In this document: positions 21,353-31,263 of the stretch, piece by piece | Numbering within the stretch: the stretch's first letter is position 1 | Layout: every line of letters begins with the position of its first letter | Origin: Acidobacteriota bacterium | GTDB lineage: Bacteria > Acidobacteriota > Thermoanaerobaculia > Gp7-AA8 | Reading direction: 5' to 3' | Assembly (NCBI GenBank): GCA_016184115.1 | Contig: JACPDH010000038.1 | Coordinates: 14,053-78,052 of the forward strand | DNA length: 64,000 nucleotides | Notes under the pieces: generated by a model | Databases searched by the model: none | Seen by the model: only the letters and a program-made list of their open reading frames with translations | Told to the model about the DNA's origin: nothing | Translations under genes and position numbers: made by a program

Positions 21353-21877
21353 TCAGCCGTCGAGAAGCTCCCAGCGCGCGGCGGGGCGGCCGAGCCAGAT
21401 CCACGCGATGTAGTCGGCGAGTGGCGGCTTGCCGCCCAGCTCCCGCAGTCGCGTGTTGACCTGACCGCGGTGATAGGTGCTGTGCGAGGCGACCTGAAGC
21501 ATCGTTTCGAACACCGTGACCGGCGCCGGGTCTCTGCCGATCCGTTCGGCGAGCAGCTTGCTCCAGGGAACCGAAGCCGGCGTCGCAGCCTCGGACTCCG
21601 TCACGGATGTCGCCCGCGCGGCGAGCGCATCGTGCCCCGCTCGCGCCCACGCGAACATCGCCTCGGCGTCGGCGAAACTTTCGAGCGGCGCGACATCGAT
21701 CGGCCCGTGGTCCCAGATCGCTGGAAACGCATACTGCACGATGTGGATGTGGTGGAGCTTTTCCCGCAGCGTTGTGTCGGACCACGCGTCGGGAAACGCG
21801 CGAACGGCGATCCAGACTTCGGCGTCTGCCCAGGCGGCATGAGCGAGGAGATCGCGGGCTGTTTCGAGCAGTTGCAT
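21353..21877 (-). CDS. DinB/YfiT-family metal-dependent hydrolase-like protein
   Basis: HSTYHRGQ motif and DinB-like helical repeats. The ATG at 21877 (MQLLETARDLL) is preferred; 21937 is an alternative. Confidence 0.6.
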   Translation of the reverse strand: MQLLETARDLLAHAAWADAEVWIAVRAFPDAWSDTTLREKLHHIHIVQYAFPAIWDHGPIDVAPLESFADAEAMFAWARAGHDALAARATSVTESEAATPASVPWSKLLAERIGRDPAPVTVFETMLQVASHSTYHRGQVNTRLRELGGKPPLADYIAWIWLGRPAARWELLDG

Positions 21878-22195
21878 CACCGGATCGTAGCAGGGAGCGT
21901 GGGCTGCGAGAGTGCGACCCGTTGTATTTCGATTCAATTGTCATTCCGGGCTCCGCGCGGGTTGCGTTGCATTTGCCCGCGCCACGATTTTCACTCTCCC
22001 GTCCCGGTTCCGGCCCGTCAGGTCGTGTGATTGCCGACACATCCCTCCGTGCCGTGCTGGAGGATTCTTTCATGCGGGAAATGGCTCGAAATTGGTGTAT
22101 CAGTCTCCGGGAATGAGCATCGTCACTCTCCGGTTTGACACTTGACCGCAGTCCATACACCCCGAAGAGCAACCCGCGAAAGGTAGCATTTTCAA

Positions 22196-23611
22196 ATGAG
22201 TCAGACAGTCGAGCACCCCGACACCCAGAGTTTTGCCGACGCTCTCGAGAGCAGCCTCAACTTCCGCAAGCCGGAAGAGGGCGAGCTTCTCAAGGGCACG
22301 ATCGTTTCGATCAACGGCGACGACGTTTTCGTCTCGTACGGAGGCCCCACGGAAGCCGTGATGGCCGCGAACGAGCTCGAAGGGAAGGAGGTCGGGGACT
22401 CGATCGAGGCAACCGTGGTCGGAACCGCGCCGGTGGTTCGTCTCTCGTACAAGCTCGCGATGAAGCGGGCGAGCATTCAGAGCCTGCGGCAGGCGCGCGA
22501 CAACGGTGTGCCGGTTGTCGGCAAAGTCGGAGCGCGCAACAAGGGCGGCTTCGACGTCAGCGTGAGCGGCGTTCGGGCGTTCTGCCCCCTTTCCCAGATC
22601 GAGTTCGGCAAGATCGAGAACCCCGACGAGTTCGTCGGGAAGAGCTTTGATTTCCGTCTCATCGAGATGTCGGACGACGGCCGGAAGATCGTCGTTTCGC
22701 GCACTGCGCTCCTCAAAGAAGCGCAGCAGGCGAAGGCAGCCGAGGCGCTCAAGACGCTGGCCGTTGGCGCGGTCATCACCGGTCGCGTTACACGTCTGGC
22801 AGCGTTCGGCGCGTTCGTCGACCTCGGTGGCGTCGAAGGCCTCCTTCACGTTTCCGAGCTGAGCCGCCGCCACGTCAAGAGCCCGAAGGACGTCGTGAGC
22901 CCCGGTCAGGAAGTCAGCGTCAAGGTCATCAAGATGGACGAGAGCGGCAAGAAGATCTCGCTCTCGATGAAGGCGCTCGAGGCCGATCCGTGGCTCGAGA
23001 TCACCAAGCTTCATCCCGCGGGGTCGGCGTTCACCGGCACGATCGTGCGTAAGACCGAATTCGGCCTTTTTGTCGAAGTCGAACCGGGCGTGGATGGGCT
23101 CGTGCACGTGTCGCAGCTCCCGTTGGGCGTGAAGATCGGCGACGAATCGCTCGCGATCGGCACGCCGGTCAACGGCTGGATTCGCGAGGTCGATGCCGAG
23201 CGCAAGCGACTCTCGCTCGCACTTCGCGAAGTCTCGACGAGCAATCCCTGGGACGACGCACCGGCGAACTATCCAATCGGCCGAGTGTTCGAGGGAACGC
23301 TCGAGCGCGTCGGGCCTCCGGGACTCTTCGTGCAGCTCGAGCCGGGCCTGACTGGTCTCGTTCCGATGTCGGAGCTTGGCGGCGGCGACCCGTCGAAGAC
23401 CCACAAGCCGGGAGAGAAGTTCTCGGTCAAGGTCATGAACCTCGATCCGACGCGCAAGCGCATCTCGCTCAGCATTGAAGGTGCCAAGGAATCGGCGCTC
23501 CACGGCGAGTACATGGAGTATGTCGCGGAGACGAAGAAGGCTGCGGACGCTTCGGAAGGAAAGAGCGCGATGGCGCTCGCCTTCGAGCGTGCGATGGGCG
23601 GCAAGAAGTAA
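22196..23611 (+). CDS. rpsA: 30S ribosomal protein S1 (four to five S1 domains)
   Basis: N-terminal SFADALESSLNF...GTIVSINGDDVFVSYGG resembles the RpsA N-terminus. Repeated S1 folds (GRVTRLAAFGAFVDLGGVEGLLHVSEL, GTIVRKTEFGLFVEV..GLVHVSQL, GTLERVGPPGLFVQL..GLVPMSEL). Confidence 0.75.
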   Translation: MSQTVEHPDTQSFADALESSLNFRKPEEGELLKGTIVSINGDDVFVSYGGPTEAVMAANELEGKEVGDSIEATVVGTAPVVRLSYKLAMKRASIQSLRQARDNGVPVVGKVGARNKGGFDVSVSGVRAFCPLSQIEFGKIENPDEFVGKSFDFRLIEMSDDGRKIVVSRTALLKEAQQAKAAEALKTLAVGAVITGRVTRLAAFGAFVDLGGVEGLLHVSELSRRHVKSPKDVVSPGQEVSVKVIKMDESGKKISLSMKALEADPWLEITKLHPAGSAFTGTIVRKTEFGLFVEVEPGVDGLVHVSQLPLGVKIGDESLAIGTPVNGWIREVDAERKRLSLALREVSTSNPWDDAPANYPIGRVFEGTLERVGPPGLFVQLEPGLTGLVPMSELGGGDPSKTHKPGEKFSVKVMNLDPTRKRISLSIEGAKESALHGEYMEYVAETKKAADASEGKSAMALAFERAMGGKK

Positions 23612-23636
23612 GATTCCAATCAACGCAACTGCTCAC

Positions 23637-23667
23637 GGGCGCGCCGCAAGGCGCGCCCGTTTCATTT
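23637..23667 (+). terminator. Rho-independent terminator of rpsA: GGGCGCGCC-GCAA-GGCGCGCCC followed by GTTTCATTTG
   Basis: 9-bp GC stem, tetraloop, T-rich tail. 26 nt after the rpsA stop. Confidence 0.7.
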
Positions 23668-23767
23668 GAGCGAGTAAGCGGTGCGGGGCCAAAGTGAGCC
23701 GGCAGCAAGCCAACATTCACAACAGGCGATGATGAACGGAGAGCGTTGTGTTTGGATTGAAAAAGAG

Positions 23768-23795
23768 TTGACGCAAGGCGAGCGCCGACTACACC
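23768..23795 (+). promoter_or_regulatory. candidate sigma-70-like promoter TTGACG-N16-TACACC directly upstream of the heptamer array
   Basis: AT-richer patch (gtgtttggattgaaaaagagTTGACG). A good -35 hexamer and a weak -10 hexamer. Confidence 0.3.
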
Positions 23796-23797
23796 GT

Positions 23798-23915
23798 CTC
23801 AGCACTCAGCACTCAGCACTCAGCACTCAGCACTCAGCACTCAGCACTCAGCACTCAGCACTCAGCACTCAGCACTCAGCACTCAGCACTCAGCACTCAG
23901 CACTCAGTACTCAGG
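23798..23915 (+). repeat. heptanucleotide tandem array (CACTCAG / GCACTCA) x ~17, terminal TACTCAG variant
   Basis: Read directly. A perfect 7-nt period over ~118 bp, ending 3 nt before the GTG at 23919 of the downstream membrane-protein ORF. Confidence 0.95.
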
Positions 23916-23918
23916 CCC

Positions 23919-24599
23919 GTGTATGCGTTCGCCGCCTTTCTTCCTGCTGCGACGGGGAATGAGGCGCTCGGCTCGAGTGGCAATCCGGCGGCGCCAATCT
24001 TCCTCCTGGCGATGCTCGGCTGTGTGTTTCCGGTCGCCGCGGTCTTTGCGCGAATCGCGTCGTTGCTCGCGATTCGAAACGTCTACCAGGCGCTCTTCGC
24101 GGTAGTGGCGCTCGGCTGCACGCTCCTCACCGTCTGTTTTCTATCGATCGCGAGCCTGCGCCTCGCAATCCGCGTGCGCGCGCCGATGACACCCGAGCTG
24201 GCAGCTTCCATCGCGCAGCTCGTCGAAGAAGTGCTCGTCAACTATTACGCGCTCGGCCTTTTCCTCTCGGTACTGCTACTGTCGATCAGGCCCTGGTTCA
24301 GCATTCAGGCGAGCGGAATTCTCTCCGGCATGCTGGTGCTGCCGTCGTTTCTTTTCAGCTGGATCGTCGTGGAAGAGCACCTGCTCGCGCCGGTGACTAC
24401 GCTCTCTGAAGCGTACCGATCCGCACCATCGTTCGCGTTTTTCCTCATCGTCGCGGTGACGTTCATCGGCATCGCCGCGCACTGTATCGCGCATCAGCAT
24501 TACTTTCTCGAAGTCACGAACCTGCGCGAGATTCTCGACGAGCCGCGCTCACCGCGCGGCGGCAGCATGCCATTCGGCGGCGGCTTCGCTGCGAACTGA
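23919..24599 (+). CDS. hypothetical polytopic membrane protein
   Basis: Six hydrophobic segments. The GTG start abuts the heptamer array, so the true start is uncertain; a downstream ATG at MLGCVF is possible. Confidence 0.45.
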   Translation: MYAFAAFLPAATGNEALGSSGNPAAPIFLLAMLGCVFPVAAVFARIASLLAIRNVYQALFAVVALGCTLLTVCFLSIASLRLAIRVRAPMTPELAASIAQLVEEVLVNYYALGLFLSVLLLSIRPWFSIQASGILSGMLVLPSFLFSWIVVEEHLLAPVTTLSEAYRSAPSFAFFLIVAVTFIGIAAHCIAHQHYFLEVTNLREILDEPRSPRGGSMPFGGGFAAN

Positions 24600-24745
24600 G
24601 CTGCTTCTTCCATCGCCGGCGGCCGCTGCACCGTTCGTATTCGATCGCCTCCTCGTCGTCGTGAACCGTTGCTCTTTCGGCGACTTCGTGTGGCTGCTAT
24701 CGTTGCTCGGCCGGAGCGGGCGCGCCCGCGCTCAAGGTCGAGATC

Positions 24746-25690
24746 ATGCCTCCTACCGTCTGCTGGTTCATTCAGAGTCATCGCGACCCGGAACAGATCG
24801 TGCGTCTCCTGCGTGTCCTGCGTGCTGGCAGCGACGGCCCGATCGTTCTACGCCACGACGACGACGCGACCCGATTCGATCCGACACCAGCATTGGCCTT
24901 GGGGAATGTCCATCTCCTCGCTGCGTCGGGCAGGCAGGTTCGTGGCAGTTTCTCCTGCCAGGTTCAGCCTTACATCGACGCGATCGACTGGCTCGACGAG
25001 ACGAACGTCGCGTACGACTGGCTGATCAACCTGACGGCCCAGGACTATCCCGTGAGACCGGTGTCCGCGATCGAGCACGATCTCGCTGTGGCAACGTGCG
25101 ATGGATTCGTGCGGTGGTGGGACGTGCTGGGCTCCGAGAGTCCCTGGTCCGTTCGAAAGGCGCGCGCTCGCTACTGGCATCGTTACCGGCTGCTCCCGCC
25201 GGGATCCGAACGAGGCCTGCGGCTGCTTCGATGGCTGACGCGACTCGCGCCGCTTCACTTCTATCTCGACTACGGCGCCTGGGTTGGCGTGCGTCGCTGG
25301 AGTGTGCCGTTTCGGGATGAGCTGCGTTGCATGGGTGGGAGGTCGTGGTGGACGCTCCGGCGAGATGTCGTTCGGTACTTCCGCGAATTCCTGCGCGCGC
25401 GGCCCGATGTCGTCGATCACTATCGCGGCACGATCGCGCCTGAGGAGTCGCTCGTTCCGACGGTGCTCGTGGCGAGCCGTCGATTCGACCTCGTCAATGA
25501 CGATCTGCGCTACATCGACTACTCCAATGCGATCAAGGGCTCTCCACGGACTCTCTCGGTTGCAGACGTCCCGATGCTTGCGGCTGGCGGATATCACTTC
25601 GCCCGCAAGTTCGATCTCTCCGTCGATCGCGAGGTGCTCGACGTCATCGATCGGACGCTGCTCGACGTTTCGCTCGACCGGGTACGTTAG
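24746..25690 (+). CDS. glycosyltransferase family 14 (core-2/I-branching, PF02485) protein
   Basis: N-terminal VCWFIQSHRDPEQIVRLLRVLRAGSDGPIVLRHDD resembles the GT14 AYLILAH..PEQL..LL block. C-terminal GGRSWWTLRRDVVRYF and YHFARKFD match GT14 GSxWfxLsRef and FARKF motifs. Confidence 0.65.
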   Translation: MPPTVCWFIQSHRDPEQIVRLLRVLRAGSDGPIVLRHDDDATRFDPTPALALGNVHLLAASGRQVRGSFSCQVQPYIDAIDWLDETNVAYDWLINLTAQDYPVRPVSAIEHDLAVATCDGFVRWWDVLGSESPWSVRKARARYWHRYRLLPPGSERGLRLLRWLTRLAPLHFYLDYGAWVGVRRWSVPFRDELRCMGGRSWWTLRRDVVRYFREFLRARPDVVDHYRGTIAPEESLVPTVLVASRRFDLVNDDLRYIDYSNAIKGSPRTLSVADVPMLAAGGYHFARKFDLSVDREVLDVIDRTLLDVSLDRVR

Positions 25691-26631
25691 GCCGCCGCGC
25701 GCTCCAGCTCGACTTGACGCGGCCTCGCGAACCGAGACCACCCGAACGCGACGACTCCCGACAGCACCATCGCCGTCCAGGCCCAACGGGTACCAACGAG
25801 GTAGTGGTGCGTTGCGAGATAGGAGCTACCGGGAATCTCGACCAGTACGCGCGTGGAGTGACGAAGGAATTGAAAGCAGAAGACCCAGCCAGCATGGATC
25901 CCGATTGCGAGGTAGAGCGAGCCGCTGCTTCTGACGAGCAGCGCCAGCACGAGCCCGCCGATGAAGAGGCCGAACAGCGGCGGTAGTGTCGCGGGCTCGA
26001 GTTGGCGCGCAACGGCGTGCTGGAAGTAGGCGAAGCCGGCGCCGACCGAGTAGCCGTGCCAAACGAAGCTGCGATCCGAGCTCAGGAGGTGGACCGCCGA
26101 ATAGATCGCGCTGCTCGAGAGCGTCGCCGTGACCCAACCGAGGCTCGCTGTTAGGGAAGCCAGCATCAGTCCTCGGAAGAACGATTCCTCGATGAACCCG
26201 GCCGCGAGCCCGGCGCCGAGGGCGGCGAGCGTGCGTCCCGCGAAGAAGTGGTATTCGTTGAGGGTCGGTCCGAGATGGTGCGTCCAGAGCGCCCAGCCGG
26301 CGCCTGCGCAGACGGCGAGGAGGGCTGCCGTAAAGCCGGCCACGACTTCGACGGCGCGGGAACCGCGCGTACCGTTCGTGAGAAGAGCGCGCAGCGCTCC
26401 CCACCCCATGTGTCGTCTGAACGCGATCATGAACGCGATCGCGGTCAGCATCGCGCAGCGGTTGAAGACGCGTGCGAGCCCAAGCCGGCTCTCCGGGGTG
26501 ATCGCTTTGATCGCGGCGAGAACGAGCGGAGAGATGAGCGCCGCGAGTGCCAGCCCGCCGACGAACACTCCGAGCCAGGCGACGGGTGGGCCCGTACGCG
26601 TACCGAGAATCGAGTTTGTACGATCGTTCAT
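25687..26631 (-). CDS. CPBP-family intramembrane glutamic endopeptidase (CAAX protease, PF02517)
   Basis: Polytopic. FIEESFFRGL (EExxxR motif), AVHLLS second motif. Overlaps the upstream gene by 4 nt. Confidence 0.7.
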   Translation of the reverse strand: MNDRTNSILGTRTGPPVAWLGVFVGGLALAALISPLVLAAIKAITPESRLGLARVFNRCAMLTAIAFMIAFRRHMGWGALRALLTNGTRGSRAVEVVAGFTAALLAVCAGAGWALWTHHLGPTLNEYHFFAGRTLAALGAGLAAGFIEESFFRGLMLASLTASLGWVTATLSSSAIYSAVHLLSSDRSFVWHGYSVGAGFAYFQHAVARQLEPATLPPLFGLFIGGLVLALLVRSSGSLYLAIGIHAGWVFCFQFLRHSTRVLVEIPGSSYLATHHYLVGTRWAWTAMVLSGVVAFGWSRFARPRQVELERAAA

Positions 26632-27692
26632 CGAGACCTTTCAGCGCGCAGGATTCGAATGGCGCGTCGAAGCGGTAGGCGCAGCGGGAGGGGGAGCCGT
26701 CTGTCCCATGACAGCGCACCCGCATCGATCAGCGCCGGCAGCGTGTCGAAGAGAAGTGTTGCCCAGACGTCGGCGATTGCGTCGAAGGAGTATTCCGCGG
26801 CTCGTCGGCGGCCGTTCGTGATCATCCGGGCGTGAAGCTCTGGGTCGGACTGCAGTCGGGTGAGTGCGGCCAGCGCTTCCGATGCGTTGTTGACTTCGAG
26901 GTAATCGTCTTCGCTTCGCCGGATCGCCCTGCAGGCGTATTCGTTGCCGATGAGGGCCGGCACGCCCGCCCGCCACGCGTTGATCAACTTGCTTGCCGGT
27001 TTCGCGAATTCGAGCCGGCGCACGGATGGCCGCACGGCGATCACGGCGTCCAACTCACGAAAGTCTTCCCAGTCGATCTGCGTCAGCTCCGTCTTGTCGC
27101 GGTATTGCGCGATCCTGGGGGCCCACTGGAGGCCGAGACTGGCGAGAGCGCGCGGCCATTCCCCTTCGCGGAAGTCACGATGGAGGTTCTCCAACAATCC
27201 CATGTAGCCGATTCTCTCGAGGCGCCGGCCGCGATTCGGGTCGCGGCGCCGGAGTGCGGGTTGCGGCCAGAACGGAATATGGAAACGCCTAACCCCGTCG
27301 GCAAATCGGTCGTTTTGAAGGACCTCGAAGTCGGCAAGCAGAGGCGAGCTGTTGTCGGCTCTGATCGCGACGAACACGAGGTCTCGTCGTCCTCGCGCGG
27401 CCCTGGCAAGCCAATGTTTGTGCTTGGCGTGAAACACCACGAGGCCTCGATCGGGCGGCGTCGCCGCGAGGTGAACGGGCAGACCCGCGCCACGAAGGCG
27501 AAGGTATGTCTGCAGCACCCAGGCGCGCTCGCCTAATCGGAAGTAGGCGAGATCTCGATCGGGATCGACCTCTCGCAGACTCTCCAGGCGTGGCTCGTTC
27601 GCGAGAACGAAGGTGACCGGGAAGCGGGTCGCGCGATGAGCATTCTCACGGCGAAGCACTTCACCTACTTCGCGCACGGCCGTGCTCATCAC
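26628..27692 (-). CDS. putative glycosyltransferase-like protein (GT-B-type C-terminal domain)
   Basis: C-terminal KPASKLINAWRAGVPALIGNEY...VNNASEALAALTRLQSDPELHARM resembles the GT4 C-terminal donor-binding region. The N-terminus is unassigned. Confidence 0.35.
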   Translation of the reverse strand: MMSTAVREVGEVLRRENAHRATRFPVTFVLANEPRLESLREVDPDRDLAYFRLGERAWVLQTYLRLRGAGLPVHLAATPPDRGLVVFHAKHKHWLARAARGRRDLVFVAIRADNSSPLLADFEVLQNDRFADGVRRFHIPFWPQPALRRRDPNRGRRLERIGYMGLLENLHRDFREGEWPRALASLGLQWAPRIAQYRDKTELTQIDWEDFRELDAVIAVRPSVRRLEFAKPASKLINAWRAGVPALIGNEYACRAIRRSEDDYLEVNNASEALAALTRLQSDPELHARMITNGRRRAAEYSFDAIADVWATLLFDTLPALIDAGALSWDRRLPLPLRLPLRRAIRILRAERSR

Positions 27693-27895
27693 TCGGGACT
27701 ATAGCAACGGCGGCGACAGGCGTCAGTGTGTGATCGTCACACGTTGAATGAGACCTGCATCACACATTGATGTGACGTACGGCTCGAAGCGGTTCGCCCG
27801 CAGTGCAGGAAGTCGAGAGTGCCTACGCGGCAACTGCGCATGCCGGTCGCTCAATGCTCTAGCGGCGAGACTCGGCGCAAACGATAATCGCGCGC

Positions 27896-29332
27896 GTGAA
27901 CGCGGCCTCTTCGCAGGAACCCGTCGCCCCGGCCCCGTCGCGCCCGACCGTCGAGCTCCGTTGGGCGTTGGTTGTCGTGGGCCTCGTGCTGTCGGGGGTG
28001 ATGGTCTCGCGCGCGCAGTTAGGCGGCGACCAGTTGAACATCATCGCGAGAGGCTGGCTCTGGGCGGCGGAAGGGGAGTTCATCCCTTACGGCAATCCGC
28101 TCTCCTCGGGCGGCAACGGACCCGGTGCGCTCACGACGTTTCTCGCCGGCGCGCCTCTTTTCGTCTGGATGGACCACCGCGCGCCTGTCGTGGCCATCTG
28201 GCTTTCCCATCTCGCCGCCTTCCTGCTCCTCGATCGCATTCTGGCTCGCAACCTCTCGTCAAGCGAGCGGTTGGCGTTCGTGGCGATCTTCTGGCTCAAC
28301 CCATGGCGGCTCGAGGCGTCGGCGAATCTCTGGAATCCGAACTACCTCTTCTTCGCCGGTGCCGTGCATTTCGCGACCGCTTTCGGTAACCGCGAGCGGC
28401 GTTCGTTTCTCTACTCGCTGATCCACGTCCTCACCCTCGGTCTTGCGGTCCAACTTCACCCTGGCAGTCTTTTGCTCATCGTGCTCACGTCTCTACTCTG
28501 GTGGCGTCGCGCGCTCATTTTTCATTGGGGTGGCGTCGTAACCGGTGCGCTCGTCTCCATCGGCTCGCTCATTCCCTGGCTTCTCGCGACGCGCTCTCAT
28601 CCGGAGATCGTCGCGGTCGCGGAGGGATTTCCGTTTCGCGGACTGCTCTACGTTCATCCGATGCTCAAGGGGATGTTCTACTTCGCACGCTACCCGTCTT
28701 TGCGACTCAGCTGGCAGGCGACGCGCTTCGATTTCAGCGATGCGTTTGGCACGACGGCCGACCGATGGATGACGCCACTCGCATCGTGGACGGTGACCGT
28801 GGCAGGCGGCCTCACGGTCGCCGCCGCAGCGGCTGCGGTCTGGATTTTCCTGCGAGGCGAGACGGGACGCGCCGAAGAGCGGCCGCTCTCGCGCTGGTGG
28901 GTGAGGAATTCGTTGCCGAACTGCTCCGGCCGCCGGTGGATTCAGGACTACGCTGGCCTCGCATTCGTCGGCGCGCTCATCGTGTTTGCCGCGGCACCGA
29001 CGACGCCGCAGCACTGGCAGGCGTTCTCGATCTTCCACGCGACGCTGTTGCCGCCGGTTTTTGCAGTCGGCCATCTCGAGCGGTCGGGCCATCGGCTGTT
29101 GGCGCATCGCGTGACGATGGTCTACGCGACGCTCGCGCTCATCATCGGCTGCGCTCTCGCGATTGCGGCGCCTGAGTTTCGTTGTGCCGGTCGCGCGACG
29201 CTCGTCTTTCCACTGCGCTCGCACTCGCCGATGTTCGAAGAGCTCGGGATTCAGCGCACCTGCGCGTGGCCGCTCGACCTTCCGGGCAAGTGGTGGCCGG
29301 ACGTTCTACCGGAAGCGAGAGGAGGGGAGTGA
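27896..29332 (+). CDS. polytopic membrane protein, possible GT-C-fold glycosyltransferase (ArnT/PMT-like)
   Basis: More than 10 hydrophobic segments. Loose resemblance to the 54676..56457 product. No firm motif. Confidence 0.4.
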   Translation: MNAASSQEPVAPAPSRPTVELRWALVVVGLVLSGVMVSRAQLGGDQLNIIARGWLWAAEGEFIPYGNPLSSGGNGPGALTTFLAGAPLFVWMDHRAPVVAIWLSHLAAFLLLDRILARNLSSSERLAFVAIFWLNPWRLEASANLWNPNYLFFAGAVHFATAFGNRERRSFLYSLIHVLTLGLAVQLHPGSLLLIVLTSLLWWRRALIFHWGGVVTGALVSIGSLIPWLLATRSHPEIVAVAEGFPFRGLLYVHPMLKGMFYFARYPSLRLSWQATRFDFSDAFGTTADRWMTPLASWTVTVAGGLTVAAAAAAVWIFLRGETGRAEERPLSRWWVRNSLPNCSGRRWIQDYAGLAFVGALIVFAAAPTTPQHWQAFSIFHATLLPPVFAVGHLERSGHRLLAHRVTMVYATLALIIGCALAIAAPEFRCAGRATLVFPLRSHSPMFEELGIQRTCAWPLDLPGKWWPDVLPEARGGE

Positions 29333-29379
29333 GGACCCGGGATCGACTTTCGGTGCCGGACGCCCCGGCGTTCTCGTCG

Positions 29380-31263
29380 TTAGGCGATCCGGCTCGCCGC
29401 GCTTCCCTCGCCGGTACCTGAGGTCCGGTTCGAATTCCAGAAAAGCTTGCCGGCGTGAAACGCAACGAGGCGAAGGAGGGAGAGCAGTACGAAGCCGCCT
29501 TCCTTGGCGAACGATGGAATCCACCGCAGGCGGAACGCCAGAGGCGTCCAGCGAAGCATCGTCACGTCGTGGGCTATGCGGCGCTGGTCGATCTTCTCGA
29601 TGAGCTCCACGATCAGCGGCAGCGATACGTGGATCTCGCGCATGGGCCGGCCTCCCGTGAGTAAACGGGCATTGCCGGACTGGGTTGCGAAGCGCTGGGT
29701 GCCATTCTCCTCGACGAGACCGATGACGACGGATGGCCGCCCTTCGGCGTGGATCCTGAGCGCCGTACGAGTCCCAAAACCGCGGCGGCGCGGGTTCGGC
29801 GGCAGACCGGCGGTCGTCACCGGGAGGCGTTCCAACATCTGCATCAGCGTCGCCACGACCTCATCGCGCGTGTAACGGTTTCCAACCCTCGCCATCCTGA
29901 CGGCAACGAACAGCGGTTCGAATAGCCTGATCGCGGATTGGAGGAACGTCCTGCCTTTGTGCAGTCGAACGCTTGCAGCGATTCCGCCTGACACGGCGAA
30001 GAGCATGCCCTGGAGCTCGAGGCTCGACATCCCGCCTGCCTCGACCACGGCGCCGAAGTTGTTGTAGAGATCCCAGTCAAAGCTCGTGACTCCGCCTCGG
30101 CTTGCATACTCCTCGGCGAGCTCCGTTCCCGGGTACGGCGTCATCACGAAGACCGTCGTCTTCTGCAGATGCGTGCCGTGCGAGAGCGCGAATTCGGGGT
30201 ACGCGAGGATGTCTTCCTGCGATTCGTTCTGGTGTCCGATGATGAGGAACTTCGTGAACTGGATGCCGGCTCTCGCGACCAGCTCGGCGGCTCTGCCGAC
30301 GTGATCGAGGTTGATTCCCTTGCCGAGGTTGCGATGGGTCGCCTTGTTAGGGCTTTCCACTCCGCAGCCGATGCGCACGAACCCCGCCTGCTGCATGGTC
30401 TCGAGGATTGGCGCCGCGCGGATGATGTCCTCGACCCTCGTCTCGACGATGAACTGGAAGCGGCGGTGGAGGCCCTCGCTGATGATCGTGAGCGCGAGCT
30501 CCTCGACCCGCTCGGGGTCGGCGAGGAAATTCGAATCCCAGAATTTGACGAACTTGTGCCGCTTCGTTCGCGGTGGAGTGATCGTCAGCAACTCGCGCAT
30601 GATCGAGTCGTTTCCGCGCGCTCGCCAGTTTCGTCCGATCAGGTGGTTCGCACAGAAGCGGCAGCGGCCCCTGCATCCGCGAGAGCCGAAAATCGTGTCG
30701 GTGTGATAGTCGAGCCCCGTGAGGCCGAAACGTGACGGCCGGAGCTCGCGAGCAGGCAGAGGAAGGGAATCGAGATTCTCGATCGGAGGGGGAAGCGGAT
30801 GGTGAACGAAGCCGTCGCCCGATCGGTAGGAGAGACCCGGGATGCCGCGCGGCGAGCCAGTACGGATGAGCTCGCGCAGCGCGTGCTCACCTTCGCCGCG
30901 CACTACGGCGTCGACCCCTGTCCAGGCGAGCACATCCTCGGGGCGCGCAGTCGGATGGAACCCGCCCGCCACGACGAACGCGCCTGACTTCGCGGCGATC
31001 CTCGCATACTCGCGCGCCGAGTTCGCGCCGCAGGTGAACGACGAGATCCCGACCAGTTCAGGGCGGCTCCGCCTCACATAGCGCTCGAACGTTGCCAGCG
31101 GTTCCCGATCGGACGGTGACACGGGGAGGTCGATTCGTTCGACTTCATCCTGGACGAACGCTGCGAGGCCGCAGAGCTCCACCAGATCGTTCAAGTAATA
31201 CGCGTGAACGGGAACCAGAACCTGGTGCGCCTGCACGAGCGCGATTCGCTGGAACGAGCTCAT
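29380..31263 (-). CDS. B12-binding domain-containing radical SAM protein (class B radical SAM)
   Basis: N-terminal cobalamin-binding Rossmann segment (LVGISSFTCGANSAREYARIAAKSGAFVVAGGFHPT). Radical SAM cluster motif GSRGCRGRCRFC (CxxxCxxC). A ~250-aa C-terminal extension of unknown function. Confidence 0.8.
   Translation of the reverse strand: MSSFQRIALVQAHQVLVPVHAYYLNDLVELCGLAAFVQDEVERIDLPVSPSDREPLATFERYVRRSRPELVGISSFTCGANSAREYARIAAKSGAFVVAGGFHPTARPEDVLAWTGVDAVVRGEGEHALRELIRTGSPRGIPGLSYRSGDGFVHHPLPPPIENLDSLPLPARELRPSRFGLTGLDYHTDTIFGSRGCRGRCRFCANHLIGRNWRARGNDSIMRELLTITPPRTKRHKFVKFWDSNFLADPERVEELALTIISEGLHRRFQFIVETRVEDIIRAAPILETMQQAGFVRIGCGVESPNKATHRNLGKGINLDHVGRAAELVARAGIQFTKFLIIGHQNESQEDILAYPEFALSHGTHLQKTTVFVMTPYPGTELAEEYASRGGVTSFDWDLYNNFGAVVEAGGMSSLELQGMLFAVSGGIAASVRLHKGRTFLQSAIRLFEPLFVAVRMARVGNRYTRDEVVATLMQMLERLPVTTAGLPPNPRRRGFGTRTALRIHAEGRPSVVIGLVEENGTQRFATQSGNARLLTGGRPMREIHVSLPLIVELIEKIDQRRIAHDVTMLRWTPLAFRLRWIPSFAKEGGFVLLSLLRLVAFHAGKLFWNSNRTSGTGEGSAASRIA

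Noticed and set aside
20859-22172. 437-aa minus-strand ORF spanning 20859..22172
   Set aside because: Only the C-terminal 158 aa (PPOX-like, from ATG 21335) are credible. The upstream part overlaps the DinB-family gene in another frame and is arginine-rich.
23681-23962. 93-aa ORF reading the (CACTCAG)n array as (STQHSAL)n
   Set aside because: It is a repeat-translation artefact in its current frame. It is kept only as part of the phase-variation hypothesis, not as a feature.
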